A DNA stretch of 48,830 bases. Origin: Salinibacter sp. Lineage in GTDB: Bacteria; Bacteroidota; Rhodothermia; Rhodothermales; Salinibacteraceae. A program made the position numbers and the translations under genes. Position 1 is the first letter of the stretch. Every line of letters begins with the position of its first letter. A model generated the notes under the pieces. The model saw only the letters and a program-made list of their open reading frames with translations, was not told where the DNA came from and made no database searches. The stretch is taken from assembly GCA_042218975.1 (NCBI GenBank), contig JBDGQP010000008.1, positions 1 to 48,830 on the forward strand. The letters run 5' to 3'. Of this stretch, positions 8,096-18,399 are shown one piece after another.

Positions 8096-10072
8096 GTGCC
8101 CGAAGCAATTCTGCTCGACATCACGGTCGTCGTCCTTCTCGGCGTCGGGGCCCAGTGGTTGGCCTGGCGCTTTCGGCTGCCGTCCATCCTGCTGCTGCTC
8201 GTGGTGGGCTTCCTGGCGGGCCCGGTCCTCGGCCTCCTCGACCCGCAGGCCCTGCGGGGCGACTGGCTGTTCGCGTTCGTCTCGCTCTCCATCGGCATCA
8301 TCCTCTTTGAGGGGGGGCTGAGCCTGCGCCTCTCCGAACTGCGGGCCGTGGGCAGCGCGGTACGCAACCTCATCACGATCGGGGTGCTCATCACCTGGGG
8401 CATCGGGGCCGCCGCCGCGCACGTCATCCTCGGCTTCAACGTCGAGCTGGCGGTCCTCATCGGGGCCATCCTCACCGTGACGGGCCCCACGGTCGTCGTG
8501 CCGTTGCTGCGTCACGTACAGCCCAAGGGACGGGTCAGCACCATCGCGAAGTGGGAGGGCATTACGATCGACCCGGTGGGCGCCATCCTGGCGGTGCTGA
8601 CGCTCGAGACGCTACTGCTGCTGAACGAGCCGCAGGGCGAGGGGGCCAGTGTCTCGGCCGCCGTCGAGCACGTCGTCGTCGGGCTCGGGCTCGAGATCTT
8701 CGTGGCCCTGGGCGTGAGCGTGGCCGCCACCATGCTGCTGGTCTTCATCCTGCGCCGGCGCATGGTGCCGGACTTCCTCCGCAACTCGGTGACGCTGATG
8801 GTGGTGGTCGTGGCGTTCGTCATCTCGAACGTGATGCAACACGAGTCGGGCCTGCTCACGACGACCCTTATGGGAATTGCCCTGGCCAACCAGCCGTACG
8901 TGTCGGTCCAGCGCATCGTCGAGTTCAAGGAGAACCTGCAGGTGCTGCTCATCGGCTCGCTCTTCGTGCTGCTGAGCGCGCGGCTGGAGATGAGTGCCCT
9001 CGACTACATCGACACCGACGTGCTCGTCTTCCTGGGCATCCTGGTGGTGGGGGTGCGGCCCCTGGCCGTACTCGTCTCCACCATCGGGACGAAGCTGGCG
9101 TGGGAGGAGAAGGCCTTCCTGTCGTGGATGGCGCCGCGCGGCATCGTGGCGGCGGCCGTGGCCTCGCTCTTTGCCTACCAGCTGAGCCCGGTCTACCCGG
9201 ACGCGGTCCAGGGCATGGTGCCCGTCGTCTTCGCCGTCATCGTGGGCACGGTGGCCATCTACGGGCTTACGGCCGCGCCCCTGGCCCAGTGGCTCGGCCT
9301 GGCGGAGCCGAACCCGGACGGCCTCCTCTTCGTGGGGGCCGACCGGTGGGTGCGCACGGTGGCCCGTCACGTGCAGGAGCTGGGCGTTAGCGTCGCCCTC
9401 ATCGACAACAACCCCGAGCACGTGGAGCAGGCCCGCGAGGAGGGGCTCACCGCCCGCCAGGCCAACGCCCTCTCGGAGACGGTGCTCGACGAGATCAACC
9501 TCAACGGCATCGGGCGCCTTCTGGTCACGATCCCCAACGACGAGGTGGCCTCGCTCACGGCCCTCCACTTCTCCGACATCTTCGACACCACCGACATCTA
9601 CCAGCTCGCCGCCCATCCCGACAGCCGCCACGGGGGGGAGGGCGTGATGCCGAAGCACCTGCGCGGGCGCCCCCTCTTCGGGGAGGGCACCAGCTACGAC
9701 TCGCTGAAGAAGCACGTCGAGCGGGGCGACACGGTGAAGGTCCTCCGTCTGGCCGACGACTTCTCCGAGGAAGAGCAGCAGGAGTACTACACCTACGACG
9801 ACCTGTCGACGCAGTACGACGAGCACACCATCGTGCCCCTCTTCGTCCTGCAGGGGGAAGACACGCTCCAGGTCGTGTCGGAGATAGACCAATTCCGACT
9901 CCGGCCGGAGGACCGGCTCGTGGCGCTCGTGGGCGCCGGCCCCGACGTCCGAAAACAGAGCGACGCCCACACCGTTACCGAGCAGCCGCCCGACGAACCC
10001 GCCATTTTTGAGGTGGAGGACGTCCCCGCCGGCGACAGCGACGCCTCGGGCGAGCCCCTTCAATCCTCGTGA
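8096..10072 (+). CDS. CPA1/NhaP-type cation:proton antiporter with C-terminal TrkA-N-like domain
   Basis: About 12 TM segments; ILFEGG, VTGPTVV, WEGITIDP and PRGIVAAAVAS motifs; cytoplasmic tail. GTG start. Confidence 0.9.
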   Translation: MPEAILLDITVVVLLGVGAQWLAWRFRLPSILLLLVVGFLAGPVLGLLDPQALRGDWLFAFVSLSIGIILFEGGLSLRLSELRAVGSAVRNLITIGVLITWGIGAAAAHVILGFNVELAVLIGAILTVTGPTVVVPLLRHVQPKGRVSTIAKWEGITIDPVGAILAVLTLETLLLLNEPQGEGASVSAAVEHVVVGLGLEIFVALGVSVAATMLLVFILRRRMVPDFLRNSVTLMVVVVAFVISNVMQHESGLLTTTLMGIALANQPYVSVQRIVEFKENLQVLLIGSLFVLLSARLEMSALDYIDTDVLVFLGILVVGVRPLAVLVSTIGTKLAWEEKAFLSWMAPRGIVAAAVASLFAYQLSPVYPDAVQGMVPVVFAVIVGTVAIYGLTAAPLAQWLGLAEPNPDGLLFVGADRWVRTVARHVQELGVSVALIDNNPEHVEQAREEGLTARQANALSETVLDEINLNGIGRLLVTIPNDEVASLTALHFSDIFDTTDIYQLAAHPDSRHGGEGVMPKHLRGRPLFGEGTSYDSLKKHVERGDTVKVLRLADDFSEEEQQEYYTYDDLSTQYDEHTIVPLFVLQGEDTLQVVSEIDQFRLRPEDRLVALVGAGPDVRKQSDAHTVTEQPPDEPAIFEVEDVPAGDSDASGEPLQSS

Positions 10073-10200
10073 CGATCGGCGGGGCCGGCCTGTCGGATCC
10101 GCCAGTGTCGGTGCGCACGTTGCCGGGACGAGAAGCACCGGGCAAGCAGCGGGCGACGGCTCGTGCCCTCATCCCCTTTTCCTGAGAACACTCCCTGTCG

Positions 10201-12462
10201 ATGGCGAACGACGGTGCCCCCGAACAAGAACTCGCCCGCGACCTCGGCTTTTTCGAGGCCTACACCATCGGCGTCGGCACGATGATCGGGGCGGGGATCT
10301 TTGTCCTTCCCGGCATCGTCGCCGAGAACGCCGGGCCGGCCGGCATGATTTCCTTTCTCATCGGTGGCGTCGTGTCGCTGCTCACGGCCCTCTCCCTCTC
10401 GGAACTCGCCACCGGGATGCCGAAGGCCGGGGGCAGCTACTACTACGTCAACACGGCCCTCGGCAGCTTCTTCGGGAGCGTCGTAGGCTGGAGCATGTGG
10501 GCGGGCCTCATGTTCGCGACGGCCTTTTACATGCTGGGCTTCGGGCAGTACCTGACGTATTTCATGCCGCTGGGGGACATGGGGGTGGCCATCGCCGCCC
10601 TCGTCATGGCGAGCCTGCTGGTGGGGGTCAACTACCGGGGCGTCAAGGAGGCCGGGTCCCTCCAGAACCTGATCGTGATTTTGCTGATCGGGTTCATTCT
10701 CGTCTTCCTCGCCTTCGGGGTCTTCAACATCGACTGGGAGGTCTTCCAGCCGTTCAATCCCAACGGCTGGGGGGCGGTCGCCTCCACGGCCGCCACCGTG
10801 TACGTCACGTTCATCGGCTTCGAGGTGATCGCCACCAGCGCCGAGGAGATCAAGAACCCGGGCCGCAACCTGCCGCTTTCGATGATCGCGTCGGTGCTCA
10901 CGCCCACGGTGTTCTACGTACTGGTGATGCTGGTGTCGACCGGCGTGCTGCCGGTGGCGAAGCTGGCGGAGTCGTACATCCCGGTGGCCGACGTGGCCGG
11001 ACGATACCTGGGCGTATTCGGGGCGCTTATGATGGTGGTCGGCGCCGTGCTCGCGACCGTGTCGAGCGCGAACGCATCGATCCTGTCGGCCGCCCGCGTC
11101 AACTTCGCGATGGGGCGGGACAACATCCTCACGCCCTGGCTCAACAACATCCACCCGGAGTACCGCACGCCCTACCGCGCCATCCTCGTGACCGGCGCCG
11201 TCATCCTCGGGCTCATCGCGATCGGGGTCGGGATCGAGACGCTGGCCGACGTGGCGAGCTTCTCGTACCTGGTGACCTACGCGCTGGTGCACGTGGCGGT
11301 CTTCGTGATGCGGCGGGCCGAGCCGGAGGCCTACGATCCGGACTTCCGGCTGCCGGGCCTGGCCTACCCGATCGTGCCAATCCTCGGCTTTTTCTCCTGC
11401 CTCGTGATCGTTGCGCAGATGCGGCCGCTCGTGCTGGGGATCGGGAGCGGCATTCTCCTCGTCGGGGTGGCCTGGTACCTCGCCTACGCCCGGACGCGGG
11501 CCGTGAAGCCGAGCCTGGTCGGCGAGGCGATCGCCGCGGAGGGGCGCCGCACCGCGCCGAGCGGCCAGTATCGCGTCGTCATTCCGGTGGCCAACCCCAG
11601 CACCGAGCGCTTCCTGCTGCGCCTCGGGGCGGCGATCGCCTCGGGGCACTCGGTGGTGACGGGAAACGAGGCGGAGCTGATCGCCGTCAGTGTGATCGAG
11701 ATGCCGCGGCAGACGTCCCTCGAGCAGGGCATCCAGTACGAGGAGGAGCGCGTGGAGCGCCAGCGGGAACTGCTCGAAAACGCCCGGACGATGGCCGAGG
11801 ACCTGGGCGTGGGCATCCGGACGCGGGCGATCGTGGGACGCAGCGTCGGGGACGCGGTCCTGAACGTCGTCGAGGAGGAGCGGGCCTCCCACGTCGTGCT
11901 CGGCTGGAGCGGGCGGCGCAAGCGGTACCAGCACATCCTGGGCACCAACATCGACAAAATCGTCGAGGACACCTCCTGCGAGCTCACGCTCGTGAAGAAG
12001 GGGCGGGACGAGAAGGTCGGGGACGTCGTGTCGCTGGTAGGCGAGGGGCCGTACGCGCGCCTCAGTGCGCGACGAGCGGCGGAGTTTTCCGCCAGTGACC
12101 CCGAGGCCGACCTCACACTTCTGAACGTGCAGCGCCCCTCGGAGAACGGAGAATACGACCCGGAGGAAGAAGGACGTGCCCTCATCGAGTCGGTCGGCAA
12201 GGAGGCGGGGATCGAGCAGGACTACGAGGAAAAAGTGATCGTGACGGACGAGGACATCCGCGAGACCCTGCTCGAGGCGGTCTCGGACTACGACACGATC
12301 TGCGTGGGGGCCACCCGCAGCACAGCCGTCGCGCAGGCCCTCTTCGGGTCCATCCCGGAAGAGATCGGCGAGAAGAGCGAGGGCACCGTGGCCCTCGCCC
12401 GCGGCGCGATGTACGAGCCCCGCTCGGTCTCGCAGGGACTGGTGGACTGGCTTTCGCGGTAG
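10201..12462 (+). CDS. APC-family permease with tandem USP-like C-terminal domains
   Basis: GTMIGAGIFVLPG, ELATGMPKAGG and FIGFE...AEEIKNPGRN motifs. The tail has VVIPVANP...VVLGW...ILGTNID and ICVGATR...LFGSIPE. Confidence 0.92.
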   Translation: MANDGAPEQELARDLGFFEAYTIGVGTMIGAGIFVLPGIVAENAGPAGMISFLIGGVVSLLTALSLSELATGMPKAGGSYYYVNTALGSFFGSVVGWSMWAGLMFATAFYMLGFGQYLTYFMPLGDMGVAIAALVMASLLVGVNYRGVKEAGSLQNLIVILLIGFILVFLAFGVFNIDWEVFQPFNPNGWGAVASTAATVYVTFIGFEVIATSAEEIKNPGRNLPLSMIASVLTPTVFYVLVMLVSTGVLPVAKLAESYIPVADVAGRYLGVFGALMMVVGAVLATVSSANASILSAARVNFAMGRDNILTPWLNNIHPEYRTPYRAILVTGAVILGLIAIGVGIETLADVASFSYLVTYALVHVAVFVMRRAEPEAYDPDFRLPGLAYPIVPILGFFSCLVIVAQMRPLVLGIGSGILLVGVAWYLAYARTRAVKPSLVGEAIAAEGRRTAPSGQYRVVIPVANPSTERFLLRLGAAIASGHSVVTGNEAELIAVSVIEMPRQTSLEQGIQYEEERVERQRELLENARTMAEDLGVGIRTRAIVGRSVGDAVLNVVEEERASHVVLGWSGRRKRYQHILGTNIDKIVEDTSCELTLVKKGRDEKVGDVVSLVGEGPYARLSARRAAEFSASDPEADLTLLNVQRPSENGEYDPEEEGRALIESVGKEAGIEQDYEEKVIVTDEDIRETLLEAVSDYDTICVGATRSTAVAQALFGSIPEEIGEKSEGTVALARGAMYEPRSVSQGLVDWLSR

Positions 12463-12608
12463 CGCCGGCGTCCCGCACTCGTGTCTGTCCAAAACAGAAA
12501 GGGGCTGTTCCCCGCGGCCGTCCGGTTCAGCGCCGCCCTGCGCTCCGGGAAACTTCTCGGGGAACGCTCGTAGCAAGTCCCGTCTGTCCTCCCGACGGCG
12601 ACTTTGTC

Positions 12609-12971
12609 ATGCGCATCCTCCGTCCGTATTCCGTGCCCGTGGGCCTCGTTGCGCTGTGGGCGGTCCTGCTCCTGACAGGCGGGGCCGGCCGGCAGGCGCA
12701 GGCCCCCGTCGTCACGACGACCGCGCCGCAGCCGACGACCGTGCACGCCCCGACCGACGCGGGGACGCTGGGCATCCCGACGCGGCCGTTCTCTGCCGCG
12801 GCCAACGTGCGGCCCTCCGGCAGCGCCGACGGAGAACCACCGGTCGGACCGGCCGCCCTCTCGTCCACCTCGTCCGTCCGGGGGAGCCGCTTGACCGCAC
12901 GGGTTGTCGATCCGGGCCGTCGGGCGTGCCGTGCGCAGTCGTGCGCCGTGCTCTGTGTCTTTCTGTGCTGA
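12609..12971 (+). CDS. Hypothetical signal-peptide protein with a low-complexity linker and Cys-rich C-terminus (possible leader peptide)
   Basis: Hydrophobic N-terminus, P/T/A/S-rich middle, ends ...ACRAQSCAVLCVFLC*. Confidence 0.45.
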   Translation: MRILRPYSVPVGLVALWAVLLLTGGAGRQAQAPVVTTTAPQPTTVHAPTDAGTLGIPTRPFSAAANVRPSGSADGEPPVGPAALSSTSSVRGSRLTARVVDPGRRACRAQSCAVLCVFLC

Positions 12972-13161
12972 TCCTTGCTGCGGGGGCATCGTAGCTGCTG
13001 GAGGGCGCACCCGATTGGGGTGAGCCGCCCGTTCCTGGTCCCGCTGAGGACCGGGGGTGTGCGTCCAGAGACGATGCCTCCGATTCCGTGCAATTGTCTT
13101 CCGTGCGTGGCGTCGCCGTGCACGGGCCTCTCGCCGTTCGGAATCAAGCAAGGATCCCCCT

Positions 13162-13299
13162 ATGAACACGAATGATTCATCCGCCTCGTCGACCGACGAG
13201 GACAAAACCACCCGCTGGGCCTTCAACTTCTTCGTCAGCATGCTGGGGGTCGCCCTGCTGGGCGCCCTCTGGATGCTCGTGCAGATGGCGCTTGCCTAG
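13162..13299 (+). CDS. Small (45 aa) single-TM membrane protein
   Basis: MNTNDSSASSTDEDKTTRWAFNFFVSMLGVALLGALWMLVQMALA*. AAGGA lies upstream, codons are GC3-rich, and a terminator follows. Confidence 0.65.
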   Translation: MNTNDSSASSTDEDKTTRWAFNFFVSMLGVALLGALWMLVQMALA

Positions 13300-13331
13300 G
13301 CGCCTCGATGCACCTACACGTTCCACACACG

Positions 13332-13364
13332 GCCCCTGTCCGGCGGGACAGGGGCTTTTATTTT
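13332..13364 (+). terminator. Rho-independent terminator
   Basis: GCCCCTGTCC-ggcg-GGACAGGGGC followed by TTTTATTTT. Confidence 0.85.
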
Positions 13365-13527
13365 CTGCGACCGGTTCCCGCCCACGACGACACAACCGTG
13401 AACCTCCATTCTCCGGGTCGCGGGACCGGCCGACCTCACCTGCCTTGCGCTCGCCAACACGCACCGCGGCGAGTTCGGGGACGGGCCGGGGGGCAACATC
13501 CCGAGGGGGGCGGCGCTCCTTGAGATG

Positions 13528-14418
13528 CTATGACCGAGCGATGCCGATGCCCTCGGCTGCCTTGTCCTGTCGGCGCTTTTCGCGGCGCCAGAAGATGAAG
13601 AGCGCCGCGGCCATGAGGCCGGCCACGAGGATGGAGCCGTACTTCATGATCTTGAAGGCGCTGGCGGAGTAGGAATTGGTGCCGGGGACAAACTTGCAGC
13701 AGGCCAGAAAGACCCTGTCGGTGATCGATCCGATCTCCCCGTTCGACGCCTCGACGAGGGCCGTGCGCACGTCGCCCGGGGCCGGACTGAGCGTCGTGAA
13801 GTACCGGGTAATTTTGCCGGAGCCGCTCACGAACACGAGGGCCGCCGGATGGGCAAACTGCTGCTTGCGGTCCTCCAGCCGCCGGTAGTGAAAGCCCACC
13901 GAGTCGGTGAGTGTGTCGATGGCGTCGGCCGAGCCGGTGAGGAAGTGCCAGCCCTCGACCGCCTGATCCGGGTTGTCCAGCGCCGAGCGATACCGCTGCT
14001 GGGCCTTCCGGGCCACCTTGGGGCCCTCGTCCGGATTAATGTCGACGGTGAGAATCTCGAACTTCTGTCCCGGCGTCCAGTCCATCGTGCTCACGGTCTC
14101 CGCAAACTTTCGGAGCTGGATCCGGCACAGCTGCGGACACCGGTGGTAGTTCAGCGTGAGGAGGACGGGCGTGGAGTCCTCGAAATACCGCCCGAGTGAG
14201 ACCGGCTCCCCGGCCTCGTTCTGGAACGTCAGGTCCAGCGGAAGGGGTGTCCCAAGCTTTTGGGTGACGTTCACCCCCTTCAGTTTCTCGCGCTGCTGGC
14301 CCGAACGCTGGGCGCGGGCCGTGGCGGGCCCCCAGAGAGCCGCCAGTCCGACGAGAAGCACGAGGAGGCGTACAGCCAGGGGACGTCTCCGTTGCGGGCC
14401 TGCTTCGAGACGGGTCAT
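13528..14418 (-). CDS. SCO1/SenC-family copper chaperone
   Basis: YHRCPQLC (CxxxC), WHFLTG and QFAHPA motifs; signal peptide and C-terminal TM. Confidence 0.9.
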   Translation of the reverse strand: MTRLEAGPQRRRPLAVRLLVLLVGLAALWGPATARAQRSGQQREKLKGVNVTQKLGTPLPLDLTFQNEAGEPVSLGRYFEDSTPVLLTLNYHRCPQLCRIQLRKFAETVSTMDWTPGQKFEILTVDINPDEGPKVARKAQQRYRSALDNPDQAVEGWHFLTGSADAIDTLTDSVGFHYRRLEDRKQQFAHPAALVFVSGSGKITRYFTTLSPAPGDVRTALVEASNGEIGSITDRVFLACCKFVPGTNSYSASAFKIMKYGSILVAGLMAAALFIFWRREKRRQDKAAEGIGIARS

Positions 14419-14503
14419 GATTGGGGAAGGCGTCGGTTAGGAGTCCTCACTCTTCAACGATTCTTGGGGGCAGAAGTTGGGCGTGGGGCGGCCTGCCGGA
14501 GCG

Positions 14504-15736
14504 TCATGATTCGGGAGAGGGGGTCGTTTCGTCCAGGGGCCCCCTGCTCATGGCCAGGAGGAGCAGCGGCACGCCGACCATGGTGGCGATAACCACGAGG
14601 ACCATCGCGGTGAAGGATTCTCGGGAGACGGCCCCGAGCTCGAGGCCGCGCTGCATGATGACGAGGGTGATCTCGGAGCGGGGCAGCAGGCTAACGGCGA
14701 GCAGGCCGGCACTCGGAAGCGGCATGCGGGTGCAGGCCGGCAGAAAACTACCGGCGCCCTTGCCGACGAGGGCCGCTCCCAGGAGCAGGAGGGCAGGCAC
14801 GAGCGTGGGGCCCAGCCGCCACAGGTCGAGTGCGAAGCCCACCCCGACGAAGAAGAAGGGGACGGAGAGATGGTAGAGCGACTCGAACGAATTGCCGATA
14901 ACGACCGAGTGGCGGTCGCGACTGAAGAGAAGCCCGGCAAAGAAGCCCCCGATGGCGACGGGCACGCCGAGAAGCGCCGTCAGGCCGGCCACGAGAAGAG
15001 CGAGGCCCAGCACGATGAGCATGACGTTGGAACGCAGGTCGAGGGCGCGAAGCAGGCGCATCATGGGCCGTTCTCCGAACCGGGCGAAGAGCAGGCCGAG
15101 GAGCATGAGACCGCCCATCTTGAGCAGAACCAGGCCAACGGTCCAGAACGCGGGCCAGACGAGTGCGGGCCCGATGCCCTTTTCGAGGTAAGGAAGTAGA
15201 GCCGTCAGGAGGGCGAGCAGGGCCACGCCGGTAAGGTCGTCGATCTCGGCCACGTCGAGCATCATGGCCCCCTCGCGGGAGTCCAGGGGGCGATATTGGG
15301 CCCAGGCGCGGGACGAGACGCCGATGCTCGTCGTCGTGAGGGCCACGGCAATAAAGAGACTGGGAACGAGGGGAAGCCCGATGAGGTCGCGCGCCGCCAC
15401 GAAGCCCAGCCCTCCGCTCACGACAATGTTGACCGCGGCGATGAGGGTCGCCCCCGGAAGGCGGTAGAACAGGGTCTTCGGATTGCACTGGAGGCCCACC
15501 CGAAAGAGCAGGATGATGACGCCGAACTCCGACAGAAAGTCGAGGACATTCGTGCTGGAGGGGGGCACGACCCCCCAGATGTGATCCAGCGTCCGAAGGC
15601 CAACGCCAAGCGCGAGGTACCCCAGCAGGTCAGGAAGACCGAGGTGCCTCAGGCCGGCGGCCGACAACAGGGCCAGCACGATGACAGAGCCCACGAGCAG
15701 TGCGTGGAGGGCCGATGTTTCCATCACGAGAGACAT
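14504..15736 (-). CDS. CPA2/KefB-like cation:proton antiporter (membrane domain only)
   Basis: LLFRVGL, TTTSIG, AEIDD, GGFFAGL, PFFFVGVG and PRSEIT motifs. Confidence 0.88.
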   Translation of the reverse strand: MSLVMETSALHALLVGSVIVLALLSAAGLRHLGLPDLLGYLALGVGLRTLDHIWGVVPPSSTNVLDFLSEFGVIILLFRVGLQCNPKTLFYRLPGATLIAAVNIVVSGGLGFVAARDLIGLPLVPSLFIAVALTTTSIGVSSRAWAQYRPLDSREGAMMLDVAEIDDLTGVALLALLTALLPYLEKGIGPALVWPAFWTVGLVLLKMGGLMLLGLLFARFGERPMMRLLRALDLRSNVMLIVLGLALLVAGLTALLGVPVAIGGFFAGLLFSRDRHSVVIGNSFESLYHLSVPFFFVGVGFALDLWRLGPTLVPALLLLGAALVGKGAGSFLPACTRMPLPSAGLLAVSLLPRSEITLVIMQRGLELGAVSRESFTAMVLVVIATMVGVPLLLLAMSRGPLDETTPSPES

Positions 15737-15997
15737 TCAGCCGCGAAGCGCACATGCACATGGTGTCTCGTATCTGCAGGGGCGCGCGAGGATTCCGGGG
15801 CCCCCGTCACGCAGCGGCCTCCCGGCCGAGACAGGCCCGAAGCGGGCGTCTGCGCACGAGGGGGCTCCCAGAGAGGCTGCTCCCGATCGGCCGCCGAGTG
15901 CCGCGATTACCGATCCGTGAGTACGTTCCCGGCGTCCGTCCTCTACTTGCGCTCACGGGCGATCCGGGGGCCGGACAGGGGCCGGCCGAGGGGCCGT

Positions 15998-16678
15998 CTA
16001 CTCGGCGCCCTCCGCCGTCGCGGTGGCGAGTTCGGCCAGCTCGTCGAGGACCTCGTCCGTGCCCGCCAGGATGAGGGTGTCGGTGCGACGAAGCGTATCA
16101 TCCGGGTCCGGGGGCACGATCATCTCGTCGACCGTGGTGTCGTGGATGGCCACCACCGACACGTTGTGCTCGGCCCGTACGTTGAGGTCGCGGAGCGTAC
16201 GGCCACGCCAGTCCTCGGGCACCACCAGCTCCTGTACGCTGAGATTGCGGCCCATGCGCACGTAGTCGAGCACCCCCTTCTCCGAGATGCGACTGGCCAG
16301 ATTGTGGCCGGACGCCCGCTCCGGAAAGACCGTCTCGGTCACGCCGAACTGCTGCATAATGCGGGCATGGTCGTCGGAGATGACTTTCACGTAGACCCGC
16401 TCTACGCCGAGGTCCTTCAGCGCCATCGCCGCCAGGATGCTCGCCGTCATGTCGTCCCCGGTGCTCACCACGGCGGCGTCGGCGGCCTGCGCCCCAATCT
16501 CTTCCAACATGGCGGTCTCCCGTCCGTCCCCCACCGCCGCCCGGGAGCAGTGCGGCGCGATGTCGTCGACGGCGGTCTCGTCGGTGTCCACGGCAATCAC
16601 GTCGTGGCCGTGGCTGTAGAGCGCCTCGGCGACGCTCGACCCAAAATTCCCGAGGCCAACAATGACAAATCGAAGCAT
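15998..16678 (-). CDS. ktrA: KtrA/TrkA potassium uptake regulatory subunit (RCK)
   Basis: VIVGLGNFG Rossmann motif, VFPER, and RCK-C GRTLRDLNVR...VVAI...LILAG. Confidence 0.92.
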   Translation of the reverse strand: MLRFVIVGLGNFGSSVAEALYSHGHDVIAVDTDETAVDDIAPHCSRAAVGDGRETAMLEEIGAQAADAAVVSTGDDMTASILAAMALKDLGVERVYVKVISDDHARIMQQFGVTETVFPERASGHNLASRISEKGVLDYVRMGRNLSVQELVVPEDWRGRTLRDLNVRAEHNVSVVAIHDTTVDEMIVPPDPDDTLRRTDTLILAGTDEVLDELAELATATAEGAE

Positions 16679-16915
16679 AAGGACGACTGCATCGCAAGAA
16701 GAACGACGAAGAAAACCGATCCCGCTCCCGGAGTGCGAGAGGGACCGTTCTGTCTGAAGGACGACGAGCCATGGGCGGCGGGCCGCAGCAAACGGGTGTT
16801 CTGCGGTCTGGTGCCGACGGCCATCGGCAGAGCATTTTTTAGAGTGCGCCGACTTGCCCCCTCTTCCCGGCCACCATCGGACGAGAGCGGGCACGGGAGT
16901 CCCCGATGGACACAT

Positions 16916-18334
16916 CTACCCGATGGACACGTCCTCGTAGGCGTACCGGAAGCCGCCGTTGATGCGCGTCGGCTCGCGGGCCATGGCCGCGACGAACGTG
17001 AGCGTCCCTACGCGGCCGATGAACATGAGCACGACGGTGATCAGGCGGCCCGGATTGGATAGATTCCCGGTGGCCCCCATTGACAGGCCGACGGTGTTGA
17101 AGGCACTCACGACCTCGAACATGTAGGTGAGGAAGGGCGAGGCCGAGGCCGCAATGCCGTCGGCAAGCTCGGTGACGCTAAAGAGGAAGATGCCGGCCGT
17201 GACGATGCCGAAGGCCACGATGAAGAGGCTCATGGCCTTCTGAATCGTCGCCTCCGGGATGGTGCGCCCCGAGATGCTCGTGGTGGGGGTCCCCTGCAGC
17301 CGCGACCACGCCAGGAGGCCCAGGAGCGCAAACGTGGTCGTCTTGATGCCCCCCGCCGTCGAGCCGGGCGAGCCCCCGATCATCATGAAGACGATCGTCA
17401 AGAAGTTGGTCTCCGTTTCGACCTGGGCGTAGTCGATGGTGTTGAAGCCGGCCGTCCGCGGGGTGATGCTCGCGAAGAGGCCGTTCACGAGGCGCTCGCC
17501 GATCGACATTCCCGCCAGTGTGTTGTGCCACTCGAACGCCGTGAAGGCGATCCATCCGCCCATGATCAGGAACGCGGTGGTGCCCAGCACAATCTGCGAG
17601 TGCACCGACAAACGGAAGCGGCCCTCCTTTCGGCGCCTGCTCCACCACAGGTTCAATTCCTCGAGGGTCAGGAAGCCGAGGCCGCCCAGCACGATGAGCC
17701 CCATCACCACGCACAGCAGGGGCAGGTTGGATTGGAAGGCCGCCAGGGAGGTCGTGAACGTCGAGAATCCGGCGTTGCAGAAGGCGCTCACCGTGTGGAA
17801 GACGGAGGGCCACACGGCCCCCGTCCACCCGAAGCGGGGCACCCAACACACGTAGAGCAACACGGCCCCGATCCCCTCCGCGACGACGGTGAACCGAACG
17901 ATTGCCCAGGTGAGGGCCCGGTAGTCGATGTCGCTGACCACGCTGCTTTCGCCGCCGGCCAGCATTTCCTGCCGGAGGGAGAGGCGCCGACCGAGCGCCG
18001 CGATGATGACGGAGGTAAACGAAATGATGCCGAGCCCCCCGAGCTGAATCAGGAGCAGGATGTAGGCCTGCCCCCAGGTGGTGAAGTACTCGGCGGTGTC
18101 CACCACGATGAGCCCGGTTACGCAGACCGCGCTCGTCGCGGTGAAGAGGGCGTCGACCCAGTTCAGGGGCGGCCCCGTGTAGAGGCCCGGCAGCACCATG
18201 AAGCCGATCGTCCCGAGGAGAATCAGCGTGAGAAACGACCCGACGAACAGCTGCGGCGGCGTGAGCGCCCGCCACCACGACCAGAGGAAGTGCCGAACCC
18301 GCGCGGAGACGGAGGGAGGGTCGAGAGGGGGCAT
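16916..18334 (-). CDS. ktrB: KtrB/TrkH potassium uptake membrane subunit
   Basis: Four pore-loop motifs: SAVCVTGL, SAFCNAGF, PRTAGFN and SAFNTVGLS. Also GSTAGGIKTTT. Confidence 0.95.
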   Translation of the reverse strand: MPPLDPPSVSARVRHFLWSWWRALTPPQLFVGSFLTLILLGTIGFMVLPGLYTGPPLNWVDALFTATSAVCVTGLIVVDTAEYFTTWGQAYILLLIQLGGLGIISFTSVIIAALGRRLSLRQEMLAGGESSVVSDIDYRALTWAIVRFTVVAEGIGAVLLYVCWVPRFGWTGAVWPSVFHTVSAFCNAGFSTFTTSLAAFQSNLPLLCVVMGLIVLGGLGFLTLEELNLWWSRRRKEGRFRLSVHSQIVLGTTAFLIMGGWIAFTAFEWHNTLAGMSIGERLVNGLFASITPRTAGFNTIDYAQVETETNFLTIVFMMIGGSPGSTAGGIKTTTFALLGLLAWSRLQGTPTTSISGRTIPEATIQKAMSLFIVAFGIVTAGIFLFSVTELADGIAASASPFLTYMFEVVSAFNTVGLSMGATGNLSNPGRLITVVLMFIGRVGTLTFVAAMAREPTRINGGFRYAYEDVSIG

Positions 18335-18399
18335 CGGACGCCGACAAGCGAGACGGAAACGTAAATTAAACCGTCAATCGTATTGGCCGGGATCTGCTT

